Assembly: GCA_038087875.1 (NCBI GenBank)
Contig: JAXLNO010000073.1
Location: 558,001-622,000, forward strand
Direction: 5' to 3'
DNA: 64,000 nucleotides
DNA from: Malacoraja senta
Lineage: Eukaryota
Part shown: positions 9,721 to 22,679 of the stretch, piece by piece
Layout: each line of letters begins with the position of its first letter
How positions within the stretch are numbered: position 1 is the first letter of the stretch
The notes under the pieces: model-generated
Told to the model about the DNA's origin: nothing
Seen by the model: the letters and a program-made list of their open reading frames with translations, nothing else
Database searches by the model: none
Translations under genes and position numbers: made by a program

Positions 9721-11294
9721 GCTTGTAGAAAATATTACTTACCTTTTGTTTTGCTCTTTTCTAATGATGCATGCTGACATGGGGGTTTTTTTCGCCACAT
9801 GAAATTTAAATGCTTTCTGAGACCAGGTCCTTGGTTAGATCCTTCCATTTCCCTCCACGAGTACACTATGAGAATGTGTCTGAGGCCGGCCGATTTCACC
9901 CTCTGCAGCGCTGCATCAATACACACGTTGCTCATGCGAGCTGTTTCCCCAGTCTGTGTCTGATGCGCTTGCGACGTGGTCCCTGCTCCTTCGGCCGCCG
10001 TGAGGTTCCTGTGGTGGGCGATGAGTGCGTGTGTGTGTGGGATCCCGATGAGTGCGGGCGGGAGGGAGGGCGAGGGCAGCGACAGAAAAAGGAGGCGAGA
10101 CACAAGGAACCGCAGATGCTGGATTACAAATAAAAAACGCAGCGCTAGAGTAACTCAGCGGGTCAGACAGCATCTGTGGAGGACATGGATAGGCGACGTT
10201 TCTGTTCGGGATCCTGGGAGGAGGGGACTGTTCTGAGGGACCGAGGGGAGGAGGGTCTGAGTTGTGAGGGAGGAGGATTTGAGGGGAAGTGAGGCGAGAA
10301 TGAGGGACGGGGTGTCTGCGGGTAAGGAGTGAACAATTCTTCACAGAAGAGCGCTTCCTCATCATCATCCTTTCCACAACACGGCGCTCCCTCCTCATCA
10401 CCCCTCCCACAGGACAGTTCTCTCCTCAGTACCCCTGTCAGAAACCCAGGCATTCTCGCCCGATGGACAGACTGGGAGAAGACCAGAAAGAAGACAGAGA
10501 AAAAAAGACAAAGTGGGAGGAAACAGGCACTTCGGCCCACCACGTCCATGCCGACCATCGATCACCCATTCACACACTAGTTCTATGTTTGTGATACCGC
10601 CTTACATCTCCAGAGACGCAAGTTCGATCGCCACTACGGGTGCTTGTTTGTACGTTTGTAGGTTTATTGGCTTGGTATAAATGTAAATTGTCCCCAGTGT
10701 GTGCAGGATAGTGCAGGGATCGCTGGTCAGTGCGGACCCGGTGGGCCGAAGGGCCTGTTTCCTTGTTTTGTCTCTAAACTAAACTAAACTAAAAAAATCA
10801 ATGCTGTTAATGGACTTGCTGCTGTTAACTCTATATTCTCTCCTTGTCCCAAAGTGCAACACCGCACTCTTGCTCGGATTAAACTCCGTCTGCCATTTCT
10901 CCGCCCCTTTCTGCATCTAATCTTCATCCCGCAGTATCTTCCGACAGCTTCCTCACTGTCTGTAACTCCTCCAATCTTGGTGTCGTCAGCAAACCCACTC
11001 AGCCACAGATCGCCAGCATCTTCACACATGCGCTCTGACGGTGAGGGACAGCGCCCCCATGTGGTACTGGACGTTTGTGTCGCTGTAAATAAAATAAAGC
11101 CCCTGAGTTCTCCGTGTTACTGTGAATGTCGGAGTGGTCACTGCCGAACCCGGCTCTCTCTCAACGCCACGCACCCTATCTACTCGTGGTGCCTCCTTCA
11201 GTGAGCTGTGAACCTGGACTCCTAGATCCCGCTGCACATCAATGCTGTCAATGAAGGGTCTCGATCCAAAACATCACCCATTCCTTCACGGTCC

Positions 11295-11616
11295 GGCATG
11301 AATATTGATTTCTGTAAATTCATGTAACCCCTATATTCCCTCTCTCTCCATCCCTCCCCCACCCAAGTTGCACCAGCTTCTCGTTCCCATCTAGCACACA
11401 GCCATGTTACATGTTTGCATTACTTTAATTCATTTGTTCTATATCTCTCTACATCACCGTCTATATTTCTAGTTACCCTCTCCCCTGACTCTCAGTCAGA
11501 AGATGGGTCTCGACGCGAAACGTCACCCATTCGAGATGCTGCTTATCCCGCTGAGTTACTCCAGGATGTTGTGTCAATCTTCACTTTAAACCGGCATCCG
11601 TAGTTCCTTCCTACAC
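11295..11616 (+). mobile_element. Penelope-like element 3' remnant
   Basis: ggcatgaatattgatttc (end of GIY-YIG ORF, GMNIDF) followed by the gaaga-gggtctcgac-gaaacgtcacc terminal motif, as at 56180-57045. Confidence 0.65.
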
Positions 11617-11899
11617 TGTTAATAGTTTAGATTAGAGATACAGCGCGGAAACAGGCCCTTCGGCCCACCCAGTCCACGCCGACCAGCGAATTCGCACATT
11701 ATTACTATCCTACACTAGAGACTATTTTTACTTCTATACCAAGCCAATTAATGTATATAATGGCAACTCGTTCCACATACCCTCCACCCAATGAGTGAAA
11801 AAGTTGCTCATCGCGTTTGTATTTAATCTGTAAACCCAAGTCCCCTGGTTCTTGAATCCCTTGCCCTGGGTAAAAACATTATCTGTATTCCGGCAGGAG

Positions 11900-12191
11900 G
11901 CAAGGTGGCGCAACAGTAGAGCTACTGCCTTACAGCGCCAGAGACTCGGGTTCGATCCCGACTATGGCTGCTGTCTCTACGTAGTGTGTTCGTGCTCCCC
12001 GTGACCCGCGTGGGCTTTCTCCGAGATCTTCGGTTTCCTCCCTCACTCCAAAGACAAACAGGTTTGCAGGTTAAGTGGCTTGGTATGAATGTAAATTGTC
12101 CCTACTGTGTGTAGGTAGTGCGGGGATCGCTGGTCGGCGCAGATTCGGTGGGATGAAGGGCCTGGTTCTGCGCTGTATCAGCTAAACTAAA
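11900..12191 (+). mobile_element. V-SINE/HE1-like SINE
   Basis: ggtggcgcaacagtagagctactgccttacagcgccagagactcgggttcgatccc head, ggtttcctccc core, taaactaa tail. Confidence 0.8.
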
Positions 12192-12259
12192 GTAATAACA
12201 TTTAACAACTTATTTTTGGTGTTAATGTATAAATGTGAGCAATTTGCCTATTATTTGTT

Positions 12260-12566
12260 AGTTTAGTTGAGAGAAACAACACAGAAACGGGCCCTTCGGT
12301 CAACCAAGGCCGCGCCGACCATCGGTCCCCACAAATTAACACTATCCCACACACGCTGGGGACAATTTTACGTTTATACCAAGACAACTAACCTGCAAAC
12401 TTGTTGGGCTTTGCGATGTGGGAGGAAACCGAAGCACCTGGAGAAACCCCACACAGTCATAGGGAGAACGTTCAAACTCCGTACAGTCAGCACCCTTAGC
12501 CAGGATAGAACCGGGATCTCCCGCACTCTACCGCAGTAGTTCTATGGCTAAGCTACCACGCCGCCG
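12260..12566 (-). mobile_element. V-SINE/HE1-like SINE
   Basis: Reverse complement of the same SINE consensus. Confidence 0.7.
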
Positions 12567-13182
12567 CATTAATGCCGAGAATCTTTGCTGGTCGGCGTGG
12601 ACTCGCTGGGTCGAAGGGCCTGTTTCTGCGCTGTATCTTTAATCTAAACATAGAATTAGTGTGTGTGAACGGGTGGTCGATGGTCGGGTACAGACTCTGT
12701 GGGCAGAAGGGCCTGTTTCCACGCAGTATCTCTAAACTAAACATACAATGAGTGTGTGAAAAGGTAGTCGATGGTGGGCGAGGAATCGGTGGGCCAAAGT
12801 GTCTGTTTCCGCGCTGTATCTTCAGACTTAATTAAGACCAACATGTGTGGGGTTGTTTACACAGGGAATGGTGGAACCTAGGGGTGATGGTGGAGGCAGT
12901 GATGATATTGGTGTTTTAGAAACATAGAAACATAGAAAATAGGTGCAGGAGTAGGCCATTCGGCCCTTCGAGCCTGCACCGCCATTCAATATGATCATGG
13001 CTGATCATCCAACTCAGCGTTTTGGTGGCCTTTAGATAGGCACATGGACATGCAGGGAATGCAGAGTTCCAGATTATGTGCAGGCTAAGGAGATTAATTT
13101 GGCATCATGTTCGGCACGGACACTGTGGGCCAGAGGGCCTGTTCCTGTGCTGTGCTGTTCTCTTTTCTAGGTTCCGACCCTC

Positions 13183-16100
13183 TGTTAATTCATTAAAAAA
13201 TACTTTGCGGAATTTGTTGGGCAAACGTGCAAATCCAGGCAGTCTTGAATCAGTGCAGTCTTGTCTAAACAAGCAACCTAACCATGGCACCGTGGAGCAG
13301 GAGACAGTCACACCTATTGGATTCAATACCTCCCATTCGAAAGGGAGGACTGGACGGGAGAGGGTTACAGAGGCAGGTAGGGGTGTAGAGGCCGGAGGGG
13401 GTTACAAAGACAGGGAGGGGGTTACAAAGACAGGGAGGGGTTGTAGGGGCTGGTGAGGGTTACAGAGACCAGGAATAGTTTCAGAGCTAGGTTTGCAGAG
13501 ATAGTGACGGAATCTTCCCACATTACAGCACTCCCTCCACTAAATCAAAGTCATGCCACATCTGGAAGAAAGTGGTTAAACATTTGCTGATAAGGGAATA
13601 CTTGCTTAGTTAACTTCCGTTTCCTGATGTCAATGTGCCCTCTAAACATTCGTGTTCTCCACACAGTGACGGCCGCTGAGGACAAGAGTTTGTTAGTCGT
13701 TACTCCAGAGACGATTAGTGGACAGAACCCAGGTACGTAATTCCATGTCTGTCGCTCGTTCCCACGAACAACGACCTGTTTAGCTGAGTTGTGAGTTTGT
13801 ACAGAATCTGAATCACTGAAATACGTTATGTATTAAGGTAACTGCAGATGCTGGTTGACAGCGAAGATAGATACAGTGCTGGAGTAACTCAGCGGGTCAG
13901 GCAGCATCTCTAGCGAGTTTAGTTTAGTTTTCTTGCTGTTGAGGGAGTGCAGCGTAGGCTCACCAAGTTAATTCCCGGGATGGTGGGACTGCCTATATTA
14001 TGAAAGAAAGTTTATTCATTTAAAAAAACGTAGCGGTTAGTTGGGGCAAATGTGCAAATACAGACATTCTTGAATTGTACAATCTTGGCTAAACAAACAT
14101 CCTAACCAGGCACTGTGGAACAGGAGGCAGTCACACCCATTAGATTAAATACCTTCAATTGACAGGGAGGGAGTGTAGGGGCCGGAGGGGTAGAGTTACA
14201 GAGACAGGGAGGGGCTGGAAGGGGTTATAGAGACAGGGAAAGGTGTGGGTGCCGGAGGGCAGGGTAGTCACAGAGACAGGGAGAGGGGGTGTAGATCCTG
14301 AGGGGAGGGAGTTACAGACACTGGGAGAGGGGGTGTAGGGGCCGGAAGGGAGCGAGATACAGAGGATGGGGGAGATGTGGGGCCGGAAGGCAGGGAGTTA
14401 CAGAGACTGGGAGAGGGGGTGTAGATCCAGAGGGCAGGTAGTTACAGAGACTGGGAGAGGGGTTTAGGGGCTGGAGGGGAGAGGGTTACAGAGGCAGGTA
14501 AGGGTGTCCGGGCTGGGAGAGGAGGGAATGTGGTTACAAAGACAGAGAGGGGCGTAGGGGCCAGTGGGGGTGACAGAGACCAAGAATATTTTCAGTGCCA
14601 GTGTAGGTTTGTAGAGATAGTGAGGGAATCTTCCCACATTACAGCACTCCCTCCACTAAATCAAAGTCATGCCCCATCTGCGACGAAAGGGGTTAACCGT
14701 TTGTTGATAAAGGTATACGTGCTTATTTTATGTGTAAGAAAGAACTGCAGATGCTGGTTTAAAATCGTAGGTCGACACAAAATGCTGGTTCAGCGGGTGA
14801 GGCAGCAACTCTGGAGAAAAGGAATGGGCGACGTTTCGGGTTGAGACCCTTCTTAAGACTGAACTTGCTTATTTTACTACCGTTTCCTGATGTAAATCTA
14901 CCACTCTATACATTCGTTTTCTCCACACAGTGACGGCCGCTGAGGACGAGGGCATTGGCCCCTGAAAGTTTGTGAGTCGTTACTCCAGAGACGAGCAGCC
15001 GGAGAGGGCCCAGGTATGTAATTTCATGTCTGTAGCTCGTTCCCACGAACAACGACCTGTTTAGTTTAGTTGCAATTTTGTACAGTCTGATCACTCAAAT
15101 ACTTTATGTATTAAGGTAACCGCAGATACTGGTTTATACTGAAGATAGACACAGTGCTGGAGTAACGCAGCGGGACAGGCAGCATGTCTGGAGTTAGTTT
15201 TCTTGCTATTCAGGGAGTGCAACGTAGGCTCACCAGGTTAATTCCCGGAATGGTGGGACTGACATATGATGAAAGATTGTTAATTCATTAAAAACCTCTG
15301 CGGAGCTAGTTGGGCAAACGTGCAAATCCAGACATTCTTGAATAATTGCAGACTGGTCTAAACAAGCAACCTAACCATGCACTGTGGAACAGGAGGCAGT
15401 CACACCCTTTCGATAAATTACCTTCAATTCGGCAGGTAGGGGCCGGAGTGGAGGGGTGACAGATACAGGGAGGGGGTGTAGGGACCGGAGGGGAAGGGGT
15501 TACAGAGACAAGAAGGGGTGTAGGGAATAGAGTGAGTTACATAGGGCGGGATTTAGGAACAGCTGTAACATTATATTCTACACAGTTGATAGTAAAATAA
15601 GCAGTAACAAATTAAGATAGGGAGAGATGAAATAGCAGGAGGGAGGGAGCCACAGAGACAGGGAGAGGTGTAGGGGCCGGAGGGGAGGGATTTACAGAGA
15701 CAGGGAGAGGGGTGTAGGGACTGGAGGGGAGGGGGTGACAGGCAGGGAGAGGTGGAGGTGAGGGGGTTACAGAGACAGGGTGATGGGGTGTAGGGACTGG
15801 AGGGGAGGGGTGAGGCAGGGAGGGGTGGAGGTGAGGGGGTTACAGAGACAGGGTGAGGAGTGTAGGGACTGGAGGGGAGGGGTGACAGGCAGGGAGGGGT
15901 GGAGGGGAGGAGGCTACAGAGACAGGATGAGGCGTGTAAGGACTGGAGGGAAGGGGGTGACAGGCATGGAGGGGTAGATGTGAGGGGATACAGAGACAGG
16001 GTGAGGGGTGTAGGGACTGGAGTGGAGGAGTGACAGGCAGGGAGGGTTGGAGGGGAGGAGGCTACAGAGACAGGGTGAGGTGTGTAGGGACTGGAGGGGA

Positions 16101-16997
16101 GGGTGTGACTGGCAGGGAGGGGTAGAGGTGAGGGTTACAGAGACTGGGTGAGGGGTGTAGGGACTGGAGTGGAGGGGGTGACAGGCAGGGAGGGGTGGAG
16201 GTGAGGGGGTTACAGAGACAGGGTGAGGGGTGTAGGGGAAGGGAGGGAGTTACAGAGACAAGGAAGGGTGTAGGGGGCCGGGGGATGGGAGGGGGTCACA
16301 GAGACAGGGAGAGGGATGCAGGGACCAGAGAAGAGTGTGTTACTGGGCAGGTAAGGGTGTAGGGGCCAGAAGTGAGGGAAGGGGTTACAAACACGGGGCG
16401 GAGCGTAGGACCGATGGTGGGGGGTGGGGGGGGGGGGTTACAGACACCAGGAATAGTGTCAGAGCCAGAATAGGTTTGCAGAGATAGTGAAGGACTCTTC
16501 CCACATTATATCACTCCCTCCACTAAGTCAAACTCATGCCCCGTCTGAGATAAAAGGGGTTAACCGTTTGCTGATAAAGGAATACTTCCTTATTTTACTT
16601 CCATTCCTGATGTAAATCTACTCTATATGTTATCCACACAGTGACGGCCACTGAGGACGAGAGCACTGGCCCCTTGAGAGTTTGGCAGTCGATACTCCAG
16701 AGACAAGCAGTGACAGAACCCAGGTACGTAATTCCGTGTCTGTAGCTCGTTCCCACGAACAACCACCTGTTTAGTTCAGTTGATGTTACACAGAGTCTGA
16801 GCACACTGAAATACTTTATGTATTTTAGAACTGCAAATGCTGGTTTACACCGAAGATAGACACAAAGCGCTGGAGTAACTCAGCGGGACAGGCAGTATAT
16901 CTGGAGAGTTTAGTTTAGTTGTCTTGCTATTGAGGGAGTGCAACGTAGGCTCACCAGGTTAATACCCGGGATGGCGGGGCTGATATATGATGAAAGG
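13183..16997 (+). repeat. Diverged local tandem triplication (units ~13183-14008, ~14009-15278, ~15279-16997)
   Basis: Each unit carries ttaattcatt...gggcaaacgtgcaaat..., a G-rich minisatellite, tcttcccacatta...ccacacagtgacggcc...cccaggta, a Penelope piece and a CR1 piece ending atgaaag. Confidence 0.85.
15645..16330. repeat. G-rich minisatellite (ggggtgtagggactggagggga / ttacagagacaggg)
   Basis: Directly visible; shorter arrays at 13350-13470 and 14165-14580. Confidence 0.9.
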
Positions 16998-17410
16998 TTG
17001 GGTCGACTGGGCTTGTATTCACTGGAATTTAGATGGATGACAAGGGATCTTATAGAAACATGTAGACTTCTCAAGGGATTGGACAGGCTAGATACAGGGA
17101 AAATATTCCCGATGTTGGGGAGTCTATAATCAGGGGTCACAGTTTAAGAATAATCGGTAGGCCTAAGATGAAAAGCTTTTTCACCCAAAGAGTTGTGAAT
17201 CTGGAATTATCTGCCACAGAAGGCAGTGGAGGCAATTCACTGGTTGTTTTCAAGAGAGAGTTAGATTTAGCTCTGATGGCTAACGAAATCAGGGGATATG
17301 GGGAGCAAGCAGGAACGGGTACTGATTTTGGATGATCAGCCATGATCATATTGAATGGCGATGTTGGCTGGATAGGCCAAATGGCCTACTCCTGCACCTA
17401 TTTTCTACGT
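16921..17410 (+). mobile_element. CR1-type LINE 3' fragment
   Basis: QRRLTRLIPGMAGLIYDERLGRLGLYSLEFR...; 3' UTR ggcctactcctgcacctattttcta. Confidence 0.85.
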
Positions 17411-17816
17411 TTATTGTCATGTGTACCAAGGTACAATGAAAAGCTTTTGTTGCGTGCTAACCAGTCAGCGGAAAGGCAAAACATGAATACAATTGTAGTT
17501 AGACATAACATTCTGGAGTAACTCGGCGGGACAGGCAGCATCTCTGGATGGTAAACGTCACCCATTCCTTTTCTCCAGAGATACTGCATGTCCCGCTGAG
17601 TTACTCCAGCATTTTGTGTCTATCTTCGGTTTAAACCAGCATCTGCAGTTACTTCCTACACAAGATTACAATTGTTCCTACAGTGTACAGATGAAAACAT
17701 GTAGAATTGGGGATACTTTAAGTATTCTGAATTAAGTTTTAATTTATTTATTTTGTCAGCATTTAGTTACGTTTCATTATCTTTGCTGTGATAATGTTTC
17801 CTGGAAAACATGTGAT

Positions 17817-17817
<1 letters not shown>

Positions 17818-17856
<39 letters not shown>

Positions 17857-18466
17857 ATAATTTTTTTAATAGAAGTACGGTAGATTACAGTAATGTACAA
17901 CACGTATATATTAATACATTTTTTGTACCGCTTCACTTTTTTAAACTTTAAGAAAGAAAAAGAAAGAAGTAAGAAAAGTGAAGAAAGTGCGCAAAGGTTG
18001 TGAAGTGCAAAAGAGTGTTGGGAAAAGAAAGCCCTTAGAAAAGAAGTTAGAGAAGGAAGTAAAGTTAGAAAATAGACCGTAGAAAAGAAAGAGAAAGAAA
18101 GAAGGAACAATCGCTCTATTATAACTCTTATAACATACTTCATAGAGAAGGAACTACCAACCAAGTCTGTTTTTGTTTTACCTCCCATTACCAGGTCCAG
18201 ATACCTTTTATTTATTTATTTGTTTTTCTAAATTACTATTGCACCTCATGCTTGTAATAGGTCCAAAAACGTAGACCACGTCTTTTGAAATTGGTCTACT
18301 TTGCCTACTAGGAGGAATCTCATCTCTTCCAGATGTAATGTTTCCAACATATTTGATGTCCACATTTTTATTGTTGGTGTGGGCGCATTTTTCCAGAATT
18401 TAAGTATAAGCTTTTTCCCATTATTAGCCCATAATTGAGTAAATTCTTCTGATACACGTTTAATTC
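17818..18466 (-). mobile_element. L1-clade LINE 3' end with long poly(A) tail, truncated by the assembly gap
   Basis: ~35-nt T run (17818-17852); ORF end KKLILKFWKNAPTPTIKMW...ETLHLEEMRF...W..F parallels the L1 end at 40340-40510. Confidence 0.85.
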
Positions 18467-18666
18467 NNNNNNNNNNNNNNNNNNNNNNNNNNNNNNNNNN
18501 NNNNNNNNNNNNNNNNNNNNNNNNNNNNNNNNNNNNNNNNNNNNNNNNNNNNNNNNNNNNNNNNNNNNNNNNNNNNNNNNNNNNNNNNNNNNNNNNNNNN
18601 NNNNNNNNNNNNNNNNNNNNNNNNNNNNNNNNNNNNNNNNNNNNNNNNNNNNNNNNNNNNNNNNNN
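18467..18666. other. Assembly gap (200 N)
   Basis: Run of N. Confidence 1.
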
Positions 18667-18824
18667 AGAGCCCGAGGGCAGAGTTCCTCAGTCACCTTCA
18701 TGAGTTCATGTACCAAGCACCTTGTGGAACTTTTCTAGTTTAGAGTTACAGCACTGAAACAGGCCCTTCGGCCCACTGAGTCCACGGCGATCATCGATCA
18801 CCCATTCACACGCTAGTTCTATGT

Positions 18825-19096
18825 TTAGTTTAGAGATACAGCGCGGAAACAGGTCCTTTGGCCCCAGCCGACCAGCGATCACCAATGCTATCCTACACAC
18901 ATTCGGGACAATTTTTTTTTTACCGAAGCCTAATTAATCTACAAACCTGTACATCGTTGGTGCGTGGGAGGAACCCGGAGAAAACCCAGGCAGGTCATGG
19001 GAAGAAGGTAGAAACTCCGTACAGATAAGCACACGTAGTCAGTATCGAAGCTGGGTCTGTGAGGCAGCAACTTTACGGCTGCGCCACCATGCCGCC
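18825..19096 (-). mobile_element. V-SINE/HE1-like SINE
   Basis: gtttagtttagagatacagcgcggaaacagg...gcgccaccatgcc. Confidence 0.75.
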
Positions 19097-20156
19097 CTTA
19101 AGTGTGAAACGGAATCAAGAGAGTGTTTAATTTCTCGTGCCCCCAGGAATGGAACAATTAAATTCTTACTTGCTGCAAACTTACGGGCCTGTTAACAGAT
19201 CAACACATAGGTAAAAATACACTGATCACTCATACAATGAATTGCCATTAATACAGGTCCATCACTGATTTTCTGGCAAGTGTTGGTCTTTGACCTCCTT
19301 TAATCCGGACAAAATTACGACAGCGCTTTTGAAATCGACCACGACTCACACTCCCCCCCCCCCCCCCCCCCGACCCCCGCACCTCCCCCAGAGGGTCCAG
19401 AGGAGGTTTACGAAAATAATCTCCGGGATGAGTGGGTTAACATATGATGAGCGTTTGTGGGCACTGGGCCCTTTACTCGCTGTTTAGAAGGATGAGGGGG
19501 GAACCTCATTGAAACTCACAAAATAGTGAAAGGCCTGGATAGAGTGGAAGTGGAGAGAAAGTTTCCACTAGTCAGAGAGTCTAGGAAGAGGGTGCAGCCT
19601 CAGAATAAAAGGACGCACCTTTCGAAAGATGAGGAGGAATTTCGTGAGTCAGAGGGTGGTGAATCTACAATTTATTGCCGCAGAAGGCTGGGGAGGCCAA
19701 GCCAGTGGATATTTTTAAGGCGGAGATATGCAGTTTCTTGATTAGTACGGGCGTCAGGGGTTATGGGGACAAGGCAGGAGATTGGTGTTGAGATGGAAAG
19801 ATAGATTGGCCATGATTGAATTCCAATTTTATCCCAATGAGTAATAATCTCCTTTTCCCAGTGAGTGGGGAATGAGGCGACCGTGGCTGACAAAGGAATT
19901 CAAAGGCAGCCACGGTCAACGTGAAACTTAAAGAGAATTCGTATTACCTGGCAAAGATTAGCGGGAAGTCTGAGGACTGGGATGCTTTTCTAAACCAGTT
20001 CGATGCTGAGATGCATAACACAGGTTCACCATCGATTTTAGTTTAGTTTAGTTTACAGATACAGCGCGGAAATAGGCTCTTCGGTCCACCGAGTCAGTGA
20101 TCCCCGCACATTAGCACTATCCTACACACATTACGGACAATTTACACTTATACCAA

Positions 20157-21592
20157 GCTAGGATCAGTTCCTGTGGATTGGATGATAGCTAATGTTATCC
20201 CACTTTTCAAGAAAGGAGTGAGAGAGAGAAAACGGGGAATTACAGACCAGTTAGCCTGACTTCGGTGGTGGGAAAGATGCTGGAGTCAATTATTAAAGAT
20301 GTAATAATGGGGCATTTGGATAGTAGCAAAAGGATTAGTCCGTCAACATGGATTTATGAAAGGGAAATCATGCTTGATTAATCTTCTGGAGTTTTTTCAG
20401 GATGTGACAAGTAAAATGGATGAAGGTGTGCCAGTGGATGTAGTGTATCTAGGACTTTCAGAAAGCCTTTGATAAGATCCCGCACGGGAGACTGGTGACT
20501 AAAATTAGAGCACGTGGTATTGGGGGTAGGGTGTTGACATGGATAGAAAATTGGTTGGCAGACCGGAAGCAAAGAGTAGGAGTGAACGGGTCCTTTTCAG
20601 AATGGCAGGCAGTGGCGAGTTGAGTGCCGCAAGGCTCGGTGTTGGGGCCGCAACTGTTTACCATATATATTAATGATTTGGAAGAGAGAACTAGGAGCAA
20701 CACTAGCAAGTTTGCGGATGACACAAAGCTGGGTGGCAGTGTGAAATGTGAAGAGGATGTTAGGAGGTTGCAGGGCGACCTGAACAGGTTGAGTGAGTGG
20801 GCAGATGCGTGACAGATGCAGTATAATATAGATAAATGTGAGGTTATCCACTTTGGCGGCAAAAACAAGGGGGAGATGCAGCGAGACCTGGGTGTTCTTG
20901 TACACCGGCCACTTAAAGTTGGCGTGCAGGTACAGCAGGCAGTGAAAAAAGCTAATGGAATGTTGGCCTTCATAACAAGAGGATTTCAGTATAGGACTAA
21001 AGATGTTATTCTGCAGTTGTATAGGGCTCTGGTGAGATCACATCTGGAGTATTGTGTACAGTTTTGGTCTCCTAATTTGAGGAAGGACATCCTTCTGATT
21101 GAGGCAGTGCAGCGTAGGTTCACAAGATTGATCCCTGCGATATGTCATATGTCATATGAGGAAAGATTGAAAAGACTAGGCTTGTATTCACTGGAGTTTA
21201 AAAGGATGAGGGCGGTTCTTATAGAAACATATAAAATTATAAAAGGACTGGAGAAGCTAGATGCAGGAAAAATGTTCCCAATGTTGGGCGAGTCCAGAAC
21301 CAGGGGTCACAGTCTTAGAATGAAGGGGAGGCCATTTAAGACTGAGGTGAGAAAAATGTTTTCACCCAGAGAGTTGTGAATTTATGGAATTCCCTGCCAC
21401 AGAGGGCAGTGGAGGCCAAATCACTGGATGGATATAAGTGAGTTAGATAGAGCTCTAGGGGCTAGTGGAGTCAAGGGGATATGGGGAGAAGGCAGGCACG
21501 GGTTATTGATAGGGGACGATCAGCCATGATCAAAATGAATGGCGGTGCAGGCTCGAAGGGCCGAATGGCCTCCTCCTGCACCTATTTTTTCT
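20157..21592 (+). mobile_element. CR1-type LINE, 5'-truncated and decayed
   Basis: PQGSVLGPQLFTIYINDL...KFADDTKLGG; stops and frameshifts; CR1 3' UTR. Confidence 0.92.
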
Positions 21593-22639
21593 AATTAAAC
21601 CGACAAACCTGCACGTCTTTGGGGTGTTGGAGGAAACCAAAGTTCTCGGAGAAAACCTACGCGAATCACGGGGAGAATATACAAACTCCGTACAGACAGC
21701 ACCCGTAGTCTGGATCGAACCCGGGTCTCTGCTGCTGAAAGTGCTATAAGGAAGCAACTCTACCGCTGTGCAACTGTTTGTCGGAACCTCCTGTAATTCG
21801 GACAAAATTATGAGAACGCACGTGAAATTCCACCCCCACCCCCTCTCCCAAAATACCCACCAAAATGTGGCGCCTTGGCCGGGTGATGCAGCCAATCTCG
21901 ACCTCATCGGGAATTCCACGGCCGATCGGCGGGTCGAATTTGCCCCCTGCCGCCGGGGTTCTGGAACTCCGTCCGGAGCCGTCAGTTCCGTTCTCATAGC
22001 CGACTTCCCAGGCCACGTTTGCAGGCCGGTATCTCGGCTCCTCGGTGGTCTAGGTTGAACGTTCCGGTACCGTTGGACTCCTCTCGGAGGCCGTGTCCTC
22101 TATTTGTAAGTTGGGACCGCAGATACTGGTTTTCTCGAGATCAGGTTCTCCCACACTCCAAAGACGTACTAGATTGTTGGTTAATTGGCTTGTTATAAGT
22201 GTAAAATTGTCCCTGGCGTGTGTAGGATAGCGTCACTGTTCAGTGTGGACACGGTGGTCCGAAGAGGCTGTTTCCATGCTGTATCTCTAAAAACTAAAAC
22301 AAAACGAGTTATGCAAAAAAAAGTGACGCTGACGAAGGAAATGGGCCATTGTTAGTTGTGGACAAGGTGAAAACGAGTTACAGACAATGAGATTCAACAA
22401 GACAATAACGAATCAACTCGAGTCTGAAGGCCTCGACCTGAAACGTCACCCATTCTTTGTCTCCAGAGATGCTGCCTGTCCCGTTGAGTTTCTCCAGCAT
22501 TTTGTGTCTATGGTGTAGGATGAAACAGCATCTGCAGTTTCTTCCTACACAGCAATTCAACTAGATTGGTTGCTGGAGTTTGACTGCAATTACTTTCTCT
22601 TCCAGATCGGGTAGCTGACGGGATATCTTGGTTTGGACA

Positions 22640-22679
22640 ATGATCGGGAGATCGTTCTTCCTCATCTCCCTTCTCCAAG
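22640..22679 (+). CDS. Siglec-like gene, leader exon (MIGRSFFLISLLQ)
   Basis: Exon opens after ctttctcttccag (22606). ATG at 22640, hydrophobic leader, phase-1 GT donor at 22680 that joins in frame to the V-set exon (G|CC = Ala). Confidence 0.8.

Noticed and set aside
10349..10450. Ser/Pro-rich possible exon of the KRAB gene
   Set aside because: An acceptor is present, but there is no canonical donor (gcattc), the sequence is low-complexity and the phase is unsupported.
11900..11965. tRNA genes at SINE heads (also 32190, 53335 and others)
   Set aside because: A/B boxes run directly into the SINE body and tail; no complete cloverleaf.
21770..22135. Possible Tc1/Tigger-like MITE (shares cctcct.taat.cggacaaaatta with 19292-19318)
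   Set aside because: Matching TIRs and a TA TSD could not be delimited by eye.
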